From Thalia democratica (taxonomy: Eukaryota): 64,000 nucleotides of DNA. The position numbers were made by a program, and so were the translations under genes. The DNA lies in the NCBI GenBank assembly GCA_965202585.1, contig OZ241828.1:56544001-56608000 (forward strand), in the 5' to 3' direction. A model generated the notes under the pieces. The model saw only the letters and a program-made list of their open reading frames with translations, had not been told where the DNA came from and made no database searches. Shown here piece by piece: positions 23,489 to 35,872 of this stretch; position 1 is the first letter of the stretch, and each line of letters starts with the position of its first letter.

Positions 23489-26052
23489 TTCCTAAAAAAA
23501 AACTGCACCTCAAAAAACTGATCTGGACCCCAAAAATCACATAATTTTTGATTTTTCGACTTAAATAGTAATAAAGTCACTCATAGATGTCCTAGACTTA
23601 TATATTATATCTTAAATGAAAGCTAATAATTATAGGCATACCTTTAATGACATTTAAACTGCTTTTGATATATTATGACGTCATAATTACACAAAATATG
23701 CAAATTTTGACTGTAAAATGGAATTTTTTCTATTATAAAAAGCAAATTCTTCTGCTGGTTTTATTTTTAGTTTCTATGATTTTGAATGACGAATTCTGAA
23801 GTCAATCAACCAGAAAGATATTACTAAGTCATTTCAATTGTTTGTTGATAAAGATATAAAAAAACACTCTAAACCACTTTTAGATATTATGTTTACTGAG
23901 AGCACCTGGGTAAAAGTAAAAGAATTAGACATATATTATAAGAACTACATGTAAATTTATTAAAATTAGTGTTATTTTATTTTTTTATTATAAAGCAGGG
24001 TTGCCACTTTACCTGAATCCTGGAAAAACCTGGAATTTGATAAATTTTGAAAAAAAACCTGGTAAAACCTGGAATTTTTAACAATTTTAACATGTTCAGT
24101 AGTATATTAAAATGTTAAACCCAACTTCTGAGATATGTTGTAAAATTCTTAAGAAGATGTGTCTCCATGCCGCTCAAGTTTTTGATCGCCAAACAAGTAG
24201 AGAATATGGTTTTGGAAAGTTTTGTTTGTCAAATCCACCACGTGCTACTGAGCTCAACCTATTAAGTAATGAAGAACTGGTTGGACCCCCAACAAACAAC
24301 TTGGAATCTGAAAGACACCTTGCTGGTTTTGGAAGGCGAGCAGCAGTGGCAAAGTTTAGGAACCAACGATTCACAGCAAAAGGGATAAGAAATGACTGTA
24401 CATTACTTATATCTGATTCTTTTCAAACTAAACATGAAAAAAAAATTAATAAAGTTGTTCAATTTCTGAATGAGATGGAGCAAAGGTGGGTAGCAGATCA
24501 AAAAAATTTAAAGCTCAAACAGATAAATGAAAAAAATTGAAAAAAGGAAAAAAAGGAATCAATATGTGCAGAAACGTCTCAAACTGTGTAAAAGTTGGGG
24601 TGGGCCTGTAGTGAGCGTGGAAGAGCTGCGTTCTATTTAAAAACTCATCCTCATCGAAATGAAGTTATTGTTCGTAATGAGTTAATTTACTTTAGAGAGT
24701 CTCACAAATCTGAAGTGTTATACAATCCAGAACTTTTTAATATAAAAATAAAACTCACAAAGAAAGGCTTCTAAACTTATGTGCTCATGTTGCAGATGAG
24801 TGCTCTCTATGTTCTTTACCAACAAAAAATGATGCATTATTAATTGTAGGGGGTTCTTCCCCCAATATACAGAAAGAAAAAAATGAAGATATTATGGAAG
24901 GGAATTTTTATGTCACATTAATTATTGAAGGGTCATCAGACACATGGTATATTGCTATGTGTGAAGGTAAAAATGATGATGGGACTTTTAAGATGGACCA
25001 CCTCATGAGAGTTCAAGACAGAAGTAATTCGAAGTGGAAACACCCACCTAAACGTGATTTGCTAAACTTGCATTTAGATTCTATTCTTGATTGTAAAGTT
25101 GGAGGGGAATGAGGTGTTTCTAATGAAAGATCTATTACTTTTTCACTGAGAAACCATGTCCAAATAGATTTAATAGTAGAACAGATGTCTTTTACATAAA
25201 GTTAAAAAGTAGTTTTTATGTATTTTTATTAGTATTATGTACATATAGTCAGTTAGATTTTTATCAATCATTTGACAGTTATTTTATACTAGTATTTTTA
25301 AAAGTATCAGTCATTTTGCAGTAATCTTAAGTGTTAATACTAAATGATACAGTGCAATGTTCGTTTTATTATGCAATGTTTTTTATTTCTTTATTATACT
25401 AGTCTCTATTTATTTTGCAATCATTAACTTAATGTTTAATGTCATACAACATTGTGTTGCCTATAATAAATTATAACTTTTTTTTATTTCGTTATGTTGT
25501 TGTAATGCAAATTGAATAACATTCTTAGGTTATTTTTAAATACTTATAGCTAAATGAATTATGACATCTAATATCCCAATAATATACATACAACATCACC
25601 TAAATTTTAAAGGTAAGTAAGTATATCTACAAAGTTTTATTTTAAAATATTTTGTTTTAATTAGATTAGACAACTAGCTATGCTTTTAATTTTTCAAAAC
25701 GCACCATTTTACAGATAAAATTTACATTTTTTGTGTGATTATGACGTCATAATATTCCAAAAGCAGTTGAAATGTCATTAAGTGTATGCCTATAATTATT
25801 AGCTTTAATTTAAGATATAAAATATAAGTCTAGGACGTGTATGAGTGACTTTATTACTATTTAAGTCAAAAAATCAAAAATTATGTGGTTTTTGGGGTCC
25901 AGATCAGTTTTTTGGGGTGCAGTTTTTTTTTTAGGAATATTTTTAATTTTTTTTTTTAATTTTTCTTAATGATACCAAAACACATCTAAATCAAGACTCC
26001 TCATATGGATTTTACAACATGACCAAAAAAATGTGCTGTACTCCCTACCCCT
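23386..26052 (+). mobile_element. Unclassified cut-and-paste DNA transposon with ~330-bp TIRs and a 9-bp TSD, nested in the hAT
   Basis: Ends aggggtagggagtac / gtactccctacccct; TSD agccttagt (23377-23385, 26053-26061); long TIRs at 23386-23700 and 25725-26052. Frameshifted coding remnant at 24112-25110 (PTNNLESERHLAGF...FTAKGIRNDCTL). Confidence 0.85.
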
Positions 26053-27550
26053 AGCCTTAGTCAACAAAAACATTCCTGATATTTTTGTATACAAAAAACA
26101 ATTCTAGCCAAAAACTTAAAAAATGGCTTAGTTGGCCTGAGATTTGAAGTTTTCAAATAGTGATAGTCTGAGTGTGTGGCAATGTTTAGTTGTTTATTTG
26201 CTTGAATTTGAACTATTTTGATTAACAATGTACAAACTTTATAAATTTACCATCCCTATATCTAGTTTATATTAAATAGGTAGCTGGAAAAAAACAGCGA
26301 TTGTGTGTATTGATATGCAAGGCATAAAAATTAACTTAGCTTGAAAAAAACAATGTTTGAAAAATGGACTGTATACCTAACAAAAACTATATCAACTTAT
26401 GTCATATACATTATTTTAAATGTGTCTGTATAAATTTAGATATGACATGTATAAATAACAATGTTAGAAAAGTATGCATAAACTAAACTTAAACTAACTA
26501 AAGTATTAAATAAAAAGTGGTTTAAAATATGAGCATTTTTTTAAGTTGGTGTGTATAGAAAACTTATAAAAAATTCAAATGTGTCAAACCAAAAATCAGA
26601 TGAACCTTATTTCTTATTACATTGTTATTTTAAATGTATTCAAACTAAAATATAACACTTATAAATAAAAAAATTATAAAAGAAACTGAGGTATAAAAAA
26701 TATTAAAAAAGCATATCTAAGCTATAATGAAATGACTCTTAAGTTAATTACTGTGCATTACTTTTATACAAAATGGAAAATATTTGCATTTAGTTTATTT
26801 AATAAATAGGTATTATATAACCAGCTTATTAAATCCAAGCACTCTTGACACTCTTTTTTCAGATAATTACTTACTGTTGTAAAAAAGAAGTAATTATGAA
26901 ACTGAGAAACATATCCTATTAGAACGCTAATCTTTCTTTTTCACATTTTTAAACTAAAGCAGTAATTACTTGAAATTGTTTTAAAATGTTATAGAGAGAC
27001 TCAAATTCAAACTAATCAAATTAAGTCTAATTACCGGAAAAATTTAACTAGAAATATAATTTTACTCAGCGGGCCACATTTACATGCTCGCGGGCCACAA
27101 ACTTTTCTTTCGCGGGCCGCATGTCATTCAAAAAAATAACATGCTCGCGGGCCGCAGATTTACCCTTCGCGGGCCGCAATTGGCCCGCGGGCCGCAGTTT
27201 GCCGACCCCTGATCTAGATATATATATAGGAAATTGCATTTAGTCGCACCTATATCAATGGTTATTTTAAAACCGAGTTCATTAAAAGTTTTTATTGTGT
27301 TGTTTTTTAGTCTTTCTAGCTCTTATTAACTTTTTCTGCTTATTATTGCGAGACCGTCATCCCTATAGAGTCCGATACTTTATAGCTGTAGAAGTGCCTA
27401 TGTTTCCTAAGACATACAGGCCTACCAGGTCGCAAAGTTCCGCGCCGAAGAATGAACTCATTGGTACATCAAATTGGCTGTTACTGTCTTTTTTTACCCA
27501 TGTTCTTTTATTATAAATGACAATTGTTTTGCATGTATGCTCTATTAGCT

Positions 27551-28638
27551 TTTAAATATGTAACTGTTTAACGTTATTATTGGAAAATAATAAAATATTA
27601 AAAAGCTGTCATTTGGTTTAAACATCACTATTTTAAAGGTTTTTATTGTAGTAATGATTATTTGATGAAACATTTTTATAAATTTCTTTATTCTAAGTTC
27701 TAGCCAGTGATTTACCGGGTCCAGCGAATATTTAACTAAAGTTTAATGAACTAAAATGTTTATTAATGTTTGCTTAAACTTCAATCCACTAAGTTTTTTA
27801 TCAATCTTGTATCTTCTTGTACCTTTAAAATTTAACTGGTACGCCTAATTAAGTACTAGATTATGAAAAATAGAAATTCACGTAAATATTGATCATGCTT
27901 TTATTAAATTGTGTTTTACTCCTGCTTATTTGTTGTTTAGCATTTTTTTTTCACATTTCAACTAACTATCCTAGTAGAAAACACAACAATAAAGGATAAA
28001 GCGGTGTGGTGCTCTCAGGAAAAGAAGACTGTGGTTTTCATAGTCAACATTAGCAATACTGGGTTTAAATAAGAGTGATTTAAAGTATTTAAGTTGAACT
28101 TTACTCATTTTGTTTGTACGTATCTATCGTGGTTACCACAATCTCAGGTCAATTTGGTTAACCAGAACAGTTCAGGCTATAAATTTTAAAACCATCTGGT
28201 TTATTTTGATTAGATTTTTGAACAAAGCATTTTTCGAATAAAAATGCGCAATATACCGGCAGTGCGTACCGAGGGAAACGTACCTAGTTGGCTTATATTT
28301 CAATGGTAAGATGCTGTACTTTATATTTTCTATGCTTTACGATTTACTGGCGTCTTTTCAGGGAACTTTTTGGTACAAATTATTTTTGATTTTTTAAATT
28401 GATAGCTTTAAAAAATATATTACTTTTCTTGTCAATTGAATTCGGAACTTTAGTTAAACTTTTGCTGGACCCGGTAAGTCACTGGCTAGAACTTAAAATA
28501 AAAAAAATTATAAAAATGTATCATCAAATAATCATTACTACAATAAAAACTTTTAAAATAGTGATGTTTAAACCAAATAACAACACTTTAATATTTTATT
28601 GTTTTCTAGTAATAACGTTAAACAGTTACATATTTAAA
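27551..28638. repeat. Inverted repeat with ~190-bp arms (27551-27744, 28446-28638) and a ~700-bp spacer
   Basis: tttaaatatgtaactgtttaacgttatta...tagccagtgatttaccgggtccagc is mirrored by gctggacccggtaagtcactggcta...taataacgttaaacagttacatatttaaa. Confidence 0.85.
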
Positions 28639-28912
28639 TGCGTAAGAGATAAATCCTTCAACGACTTGCTGTATTTCTTACACAATATTGAGAACTTTGT
28701 TTTTATATGAAAACATACCCGAAAAGGATAAAAAAAATTGTCTTTAGCCTAATAATTTTTTTTGTGTGAAAATTCGCATCAGTACTTACTCGTTGGAGTT
28801 CTTTTGTCGCCGTCTGTTTAAAAGTAAAATGTATCAATAAAGTCATTAAAAAAAAAACTTGTTGTGTTTGATTATTACGTAGGTTGCAGAAATTCCAACA
28901 AAAAAACAAAAC

Positions 28913-28922
28913 TATATAAAAA
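28913..28922 (+). promoter_or_regulatory. Candidate TATA box
   Basis: tatataaaaa lies about 20-28 nt before the protease ATG; weak evidence in AT-rich DNA. Confidence 0.3.
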
Positions 28923-28940
28923 GTTTTTCACAAAAAGCAA

Positions 28941-30530
28941 ATGGCGTCGGACGTATCAAAAATCGCTTTTTGTTTCTTCCTCGTCCTCGTACAAGCAAAC
29001 TGCCAGGTGAGGCTTGCAGAAGTAGTGAACTCCAAGGAAGAGTATCCTTACCACGCCTACATCGAAACCGTTTACCGGGACGCAGATAGGAACTTGTATT
29101 TGAGGGGCGGCGGTTGCGGAGGGGTGATAGTGAGCCGGCACTATGTGCTGACTGCAGCCCACTGTGTGGCAGGGACAATGGAGACAGAAGGACGGCGGAT
29201 GATTCCGCGCCTGAGCGCCATACTTTACTTTGGAATGCTCAAACGCGACATTGTCGACGGTTTCAAACAGCGAATAATCGTAAATCTCGACGAAGACTTT
29301 ATGTTGCACCACCAAGCGCAAACCCATTACAACTCCGACATCGCGTTGATTCACACCGATAAGATCGACATCGACAACGTCGAGATAGCCAGGGCCGTGC
29401 TGGGCAACCCATTGAGCTTGAGTCAGAACGGATGGGAATGCGATGTTAGCGGGTGGGGACGTTCCACTCTGGAAGAAATAATAGCGGGGAAAAACTCGCC
29501 AGTGCTGAAGTCAGCCAGAAACACTATCAGAAACACTAACCAGCCTTTAAACTTGGAAATTCTCGTCAAAGGCGAGTCTTCAATTCACCGGATGTGGCCG
29601 CTGGTGCACGACAACGCAACTAAAAACTACTCGTACGACCTCTCCGGGGAAAAGGCGCAGACGACGATCGCCCCCTCCCCCATGCCCGGAGATTCAGGCG
29701 GCCCGCTGTCGTGCTACCCCCGTTCCAGGTCATTCAATTACGGCCAGCACAAGTCGGTGTACGGGGTTCTTAAGGGGGGCCCGGCGGGGGTCGGCGGCGG
29801 CCACGGCGAGCCGGCAAAGTACACCAGGATCGCCTATCACCACGAATGGATCGCCGACCGCATGAGAGGGCACGAAGGGGAGAGAGCTTTGCTGGACGGC
29901 AGGGACGCTGTCATGGGCCAGTTCCCTTACCAGGCCGCCGTTTTCGACGAGGGCTACGACGTTTTCAAGTGCTCGGGTGCCGTCGTAAGTAAATTTTGGG
30001 TTCTGTCGGGCGCTTCGTGCTTCGAGAAGAACGATGTTGTTTTTGCGGGGGAAGTGGACCACGCAACTTTAAAAAACCCTAAACGCCAGATGCTTATTTG
30101 CGATGAACCATCTCTTACGAGAAACGACCTCCAGCTGTGCAGGGTTGCAAATGGGTTCAAGTTCCACAAGTTTTTAAAAAAAATCGACTTGGAGCCGGAA
30201 GATTTCGTTCCGGTCGAATGCCAGTTTGCCAGCTGGGACTTGAACGCTGATGACAACACTTATTACAAGTACTTGACGTGGAAGAAGGCAAATCTCAACA
30301 GAAACGATCAAAACGGTGGACACTTGGACGTCGAAGAGGTCAATTTGTTTCGTGTCGGTCGAAATGACCGGACGAGCGCGGGAGCGGCGCTGGTGTGCAG
30401 CGGCGCGGGCGGAGGCAGGTACTTGATCGGCATGAGCGAACGAACTGGGGTGGATGCGAGGTTCGTCGACATCAAAGAATACGCTGAGTGGATTAATCAA
30501 CATACTCGACTTACAGCCGAGTTGGAATGA
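28941..30530 (+). CDS. Secreted tandem S1 (chymotrypsin-fold) protease, 529 aa, intronless; N-terminal domain has an intact triad, C-terminal domain is inactive
   Basis: Signal peptide MASDVSKIAFCFFLVLVQANC. Domain 1 has LTAAHC, SDIAL, VSGWG, GDSGGP and YTRI..HHEWI. Domain 2 has GQFPYQA, CSGAVVS..WVLSGASC (His lost), TSAGAALVC (Ser motif lost) and YAEWI. AATAAA-like signal at about 30613. Confidence 0.93.
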   Translation: MASDVSKIAFCFFLVLVQANCQVRLAEVVNSKEEYPYHAYIETVYRDADRNLYLRGGGCGGVIVSRHYVLTAAHCVAGTMETEGRRMIPRLSAILYFGMLKRDIVDGFKQRIIVNLDEDFMLHHQAQTHYNSDIALIHTDKIDIDNVEIARAVLGNPLSLSQNGWECDVSGWGRSTLEEIIAGKNSPVLKSARNTIRNTNQPLNLEILVKGESSIHRMWPLVHDNATKNYSYDLSGEKAQTTIAPSPMPGDSGGPLSCYPRSRSFNYGQHKSVYGVLKGGPAGVGGGHGEPAKYTRIAYHHEWIADRMRGHEGERALLDGRDAVMGQFPYQAAVFDEGYDVFKCSGAVVSKFWVLSGASCFEKNDVVFAGEVDHATLKNPKRQMLICDEPSLTRNDLQLCRVANGFKFHKFLKKIDLEPEDFVPVECQFASWDLNADDNTYYKYLTWKKANLNRNDQNGGHLDVEEVNLFRVGRNDRTSAGAALVCSGAGGGRYLIGMSERTGVDARFVDIKEYAEWINQHTRLTAELE

Positions 30531-30769
30531 TACTGACTAACGTATCAACAAGTACTATGAAATATTTAACTATATCAGGATTTTGAGTTTAAAGTAAAAA
30601 ATGAAACTAAAGTAATAAACTAGAAATTAGCAAAATTTGTTGCAGTTTTTTTTTTTACTCATCACATATAGTTTGTTTGACTTAGATAGTTTAATAGTTT
30701 AATATAATTAAATACGTAATGTATAACTTAAACACTTTTCGGTAAGACTTTTTATGTGCGGTTTTATAC

Positions 30770-30840
30770 CAGGGGTTGGAAAACTGCGGCTCGCGAGCCA
30801 AATACGGCCCTCGAAGCCAAAATCTGCGGCCCGCAAGGTG
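30770..30840. mobile_element. Isolated hAT-type terminal fragment
   Basis: caggggttggaaaactgcggctcgcgagcc...tgcggcccgc resembles the termini at 30942 and 27211. Confidence 0.6.
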
Positions 30841-30941
30841 ATTTTTAGCTTAAATCATATTTTTAAAAACAATAAAAATAAAAAGTTTTGTAATAAAAAC
30901 TTAAAGTTAGACTCTTATTTCAATTAGCACTCTTACTAGTG

Positions 30942-33138
30942 CAGGGGTCGGCAAACTGCGGCCCGTGGGCCAACTGCGGCCCTCGAAGAATAAATTTGTG
31001 CCCGCGAACACGTTTTTTTGATAGGCTGCGGTCCGCGAAAGAAAATTCTGCGGCCCGCGAGCATGTTAACGTGGTTCGCTGAGCAAAAATATATTTTAAA
31101 TCAAATTTTTTTCTGTAATTTGGTTTAATTCGGTTAGCTTCGTTTTAAATCCCTGTATAACATTTCAAAAAAAAAAACTTCATTGTTTTGGCTTACAAAT
31201 GATACAAAGACAAATTAGCATTCGACCAGTTTTTTTCTCAGATTCATAATAAGCTTCTTCTTACAACATCAAGTTATTATCTGAAAAAAAAGTGTTAAGA
31301 GTGCTTAGATTTAATAAGCTATTCATAAAGTACCTAGTTAGTAAATAAACTATAAACAAATGTTTTCCATTATGCTCAAAAGTAATGCACTGTAATTAAC
31401 TAAAATATTGTTTCTTTACAATTTAGGTATTTTGTTTAACATGCATTTATTCATAAGTTTTATTTATAGATGTTTTATATTTTTAAGTTATATTTGAGTG
31501 TGCACAAAAACATTTAAAATACAATTTTAATAAAAAGTAAGGTTTATTTTGATCTATTCTTGACACATTTTGATTTTTGAAAAGTTTTCTTTGCATTTTA
31601 AATTAATTTCTTTGCACACCAATGTACAAAGATTCTCAGTTTTTGAACCACTTTTTATAAAATACTTAGTTAGATTAAGTTTAGTTTATGCATTTTTTTT
31701 GTTGTCGTTGCTTCTACATGTGATACTACATGTTGCATATGCTGATTTTATTATTACACAGAATTTTTTTTGAAACTACCTATTTAGGAATGGTAAATTT
31801 ATTAGGTCTATAAATTAATAATTAAGTATTTCAAATTTAAGCTAATAAGCAACTTAATATTGCCACACATTTAGACTAAGTCAGAGTAGTTTGAAGACTT
31901 TTCAAATCTACTCACAGTGTTGGTTTGATTATAGCATATTTTATATTTTAAGTCTTGCAGCTGCTATAGTTTAAAATATTATCTATATTAATTGTATACA
32001 TACAAAAGTGACAATTAGTGTTCCCAAAAAAAAAAATAAATTCTGGAAAAGCTTAAAATTGACTAGTTATGCTAAAAAAGCCTTGAAAAACCTGAAATTT
32101 GAGAACTTTGAAAAAAAAAAGCACGAGTTTTAAACAATTTTTAGATGTAATTAATGAAACTTAAAGTTGACACAAAAAATCTAACATATGAATAATTTTT
32201 TATTAAAATTACACATTTAAAGTAACTTAACAGGACCTTTTTAATGATGCTACATTATTTAAGACAGTTTTTTATCTTTAATTTTACACTAAAAAAGACC
32301 CAAACAATTTTAATTTTGAAAAACTAGGAAGAAACTCAGAAAACCTAAAAAAAATTTTAAAAATCTTTTCGGCAACCCTGGAACTGTTTACATTCTTTCT
32401 AAGGGATAAAAATGGGAAAAAAAAATTTTTTGTTTGACACATGTCATGTTTATACAGCACATAAAAACTATGTTTTTACAAAAAAAGCCAGAAAGAAGAT
32501 GGTAGATTATAAAAATATATATTTTCTATAATTGAAACTTATACAACTTTTGTGGTTTATTAAACTGCTTTGCGTTTATCCTTTTTTCAACTTCAAAATG
32601 GCTTTGTTTAATTCAACTGATCAATGAACTTAGTATTTAAATTTTTATACTAGTTATTAGTGTTGCTACACACTACTAAGGTTATCTAAACCTTGTTTAA
32701 ATTTTGTAAAAGTCAGGTAATTTGGTTCTTTTATTACTAATACTACACAAAATGGATTAAGTCAGTTTTAAAATTTAGGCATGAAGACTAGCTTTTTTAA
32801 CTTAAAAAAGATTGCCAACCTGAAATTTGTATTCTTTTAAAGTTAATTATTTAAGTTCAACTTTTTAAGTATTTGAGGTAATTAACATTTTATTAAGACT
32901 AAATATATTGTCTATGTAATTTATATTCCGATAAACATGTATTTATTAAAAAGGCATTGTAGCTAAAAAGCTAAAAGTCATGAAAAATAATAAACTGAAT
33001 AAAAGTAAAACTTTTATTAATGTAACTAAAGATAAAATTAAAACATTATCTAATGTCACTAAAACTAAAACTGCGGTCTGCGAAGATTTTTTAAATTTTA
33101 AATTTGGCCCGCGAGCACTAACTGCATGCCGACCCCTG
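30942..33138 (-). mobile_element. Non-autonomous copy of the same hAT family, inverted relative to 21082-27211
   Basis: TIRs caggggtcggca / tgccgacccctg. 30942-31100 matches the reverse complement of 27070-27211, and 31950-32120 matches the reverse complement of 22920-23100. The TSD is degenerate (tactagtg / ccctattg). Confidence 0.85.
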
Positions 33139-35562
33139 CCCTATTGCATTAAAACTTTCAAACAAATATTACTTACAAAAAGCTTTCTCTACTTAAAATC
33201 TCTATACGGAAAACAGCTAAACCTACATTAAATATTACATTGCATCGTGTTATTAATAAATGTAACAGTCTCGTATTTTTCTAAAACTTTATTACTTTTC
33301 ATGTAAAACTTATGAAATTACTTAGCTTAATAAAATATGTTTTGTTAAAAAACTTTTGTTTATGAACATTAGTTAAAGGTTTTCATGTTTTACATATTAT
33401 TCTTTTTTTTTTTGTTTATAAATTTTTGAACAGTTTTTGAAAAGCTTATGACAAGAAATTCTAAAATAATTAAATGCTTTTTTTTTGTTAGTGCTCGATT
33501 GTATTAAATAATCTAAAATTTTAATTAAATTCCATTTTAAATGCTATAATACACTTGTTTATTAAAAATAAACTAATATTTTTCGCTGCCTATTTATGTT
33601 TTTTACTTATTGTTTTTACCAAAACAATACTTGTTGAAAATTAAAAAATAGTATTTGTTCGAATTTGGCCACAAAATTCAAATCACTTAAATCAAATTTG
33701 GTATGACTTTTTTTAAATTTAAACTGTAACAGGATATCAAATTACATTTGGTAACTGTTTTGATTTAATGGATTTTTTTTGGAAAACTCTGTTAATCCAA
33801 GCGTTTGAAAGAAAGCTCTCAAAGTCACGTGTTTTACTGATGCAATTTTACACTTGCATACTAAGGCCATATATAAAGACTAACCAGCTGGAGCAATGAT
33901 CATTACAGACCACCTTGCTGCTGCTAACATGTAGTTCAATTTCAACTAGACACCTTGTGTTATTTGTTGCTTATTGTAAACCTTTTTTTTTACAATTTTA
34001 TTTCGTTTTTTAATATAAATACTAAATAGATAAACGTAATAATATTTTAAACATTTCTTAAAGCATATTCTTTTAAAATTGATCGTGTTTAACGGTTTTG
34101 ACTCCATTTATTTAAAACATTCTAAACTAGAGTTTCTATATTATTAATGTTGTTTACATGGTTCTTTAATACAATACTTTCATTCAACGTCATACCTCTA
34201 GTTTTTATAACAGCATATATAGTAGCTATTCAGTATCATTAAGTTCTTAGTTGAGTTTGATATTAAGTATGTGTTATAGTGTGGTATTTAAGGTACACTA
34301 TAACCATATAAGTTTCTATTTAAGTATAACAACATCTATGGGTTACGGAAAATTTACAAACTACCAAGTTAAAAAACTGAACGCTTTTTTTTTGTTTTCC
34401 AGTTAAAAATTTCTCGAGAAATTATTTATTGGTTCATACTGTATTACGTATTAGTCCAAGGAGAAATGTTTTTATAAAGTTCAGCTGACAATTTTAACCA
34501 AAAAATTTTTGCATAAGCAAAATTTATAATGCTTTTAGTTACTTTATTTGAAATTTTAACTGAATTGTTGATTGTTATACTTATAGTATCTGTTTTCATT
34601 TTTAAACAAATTAATATACTATTTTAGAAATTTATTTTCAAGTAGTAAAACTCTTCAGTCTCGTATATGGTTTAATGAAAGTTACCTATTTTAAAATTAC
34701 TTATACAAAATATGTTTACTCAAGCTATTGTTTATTCAACAAGTTTTTATTATTCTAAATAGTTTAACTAGAAAAAATACAACATTTTATTTAAGTTATT
34801 TAAAGTACTGAATAGTTAATACTTGAAAAAGTAACTAGCTACCCTTTCTAACCAACTTAGGTTTTAATTAACTAACTAACCTTTTACAAAATTGATTAAA
34901 TTGTGCATAAAAACTAAAAGAAGGTAAATTTTTTTTTGTTATTTGAATGTAAGCAAATAAGTAAAATTTGTGAGGAGGTTTTTAAAAAATTAGTTTTTGT
35001 AATCACACATTTGTTTCCTGTTTAGTACTGTTGTTTGTCAAAATACAAAATAATTATGTAATGTCCCTAACACTTGCAACAGATTAGAGCATACTAAAAT
35101 AAACTTTGTGAGTTGAAACGGATGTCTGTGATATATTAAGCACATTATTTGATAAAAGCTTCTGAAAAACAGTTTCTTGCATTGTTTATTGTCTTTTAAG
35201 CGTTTTGAGTAACATTTTGTTGTTTGAAGTTAATTTTAAAGTTTCTGTCTTTCTTTTTTAAAAAGAACATTGTGCTAAATTGATTGAGTTTATTCACTAG
35301 TCATTTTTTATAAAACTTTGACTTTTTGTTTTACCTTTTTAAATTGAAGTAGATGTTCTTAAAGACTTTCTAAAAGAAATGTAAAATAAATAATTGAGTT
35401 TTGAACTTCTTGTTATAAAAATAGATTGTAAGACTTTATAAAAATGTTTTAGTATATATACTTTCATATATTAAACTGTGTTTCAAAATTTATGCTTAAG
35501 TTTAAATTACTATTGATGTTTTGAAAATTTGAAACAAATGAAAAATATTTGATATTATAAAG

Positions 35563-35872
35563 TAGGGCGAGCAACGTTTTTAGTCTGCGGGCTAGATGTG
35601 GAAAGATTTAGTTGTTGGCTGGTAGGAGCATTTCATTTAATTAACTATATTATCTAATTTATTTCGAAAAAATTCTAGTAATATTGTAGTTTATTTTGCT
35701 CCTAACTTCAAATAACGGAATATCTAGTATAAGTTTCAAAGTTTGCTTTAGCGGGCTAAATTCAAATAATTGTGGGTCGGAATCAAATTAAGTTTTTAAA
35801 ACTTTGGTTATTAAGTCAGTAGTTTTCAATCTTCGGGCTGGATCTGGCCTACAGGCCGTACGTTGCCTACCT
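35563..35872. mobile_element. Old degenerate hAT-like MITE
   Basis: Ends tagggcgagcaacg ... cgttgcctacct, with decayed gcgggc subterminal repeats. Confidence 0.45.

Larger units (their letters stand above)
21082..27211 (+). mobile_element. hAT (Charlie/SPIN-like) DNA transposon, decayed, 6130 bp including a nested element
   Basis: TIRs caggggtcggca / tgccgacccctg; perfect 8-bp TSD atctagat (21074-21081, 27212-27219); subterminal gcgggccgc repeats. Transposase remnant HESTDRKTIAHLRIFIRDV...EFLCLVPMRSTT from 22553, a DESTD-type motif. Confidence 0.92.
20865..27550 (-). mobile_element. Penelope-like element RT remnant, split in two (27220-27550 and 20865-21073) by a hAT insertion
   Basis: The right part encodes WVKKDSNSQFDVPMSSFFGAELCDLVGLYVL...YRDDGLAII...GFKITIDIG..CNFL. 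After the duplicated atctagat, the left part continues with FKPYQK...YSNHPSIIKKSLPKMIE...IFNESITRYQNAL..SNFKHKLKY. Confidence 0.85.

Noticed and set aside
28399-28909. 103-aa and 68-aa ORFs
   Set aside because: AT-rich ORFs lying in or beside an inverted-repeat arm, with no protein features.
28912-30503. Several alternate-frame ORFs over the protease
   Set aside because: Expected by-products of a GC-rich coding sequence.
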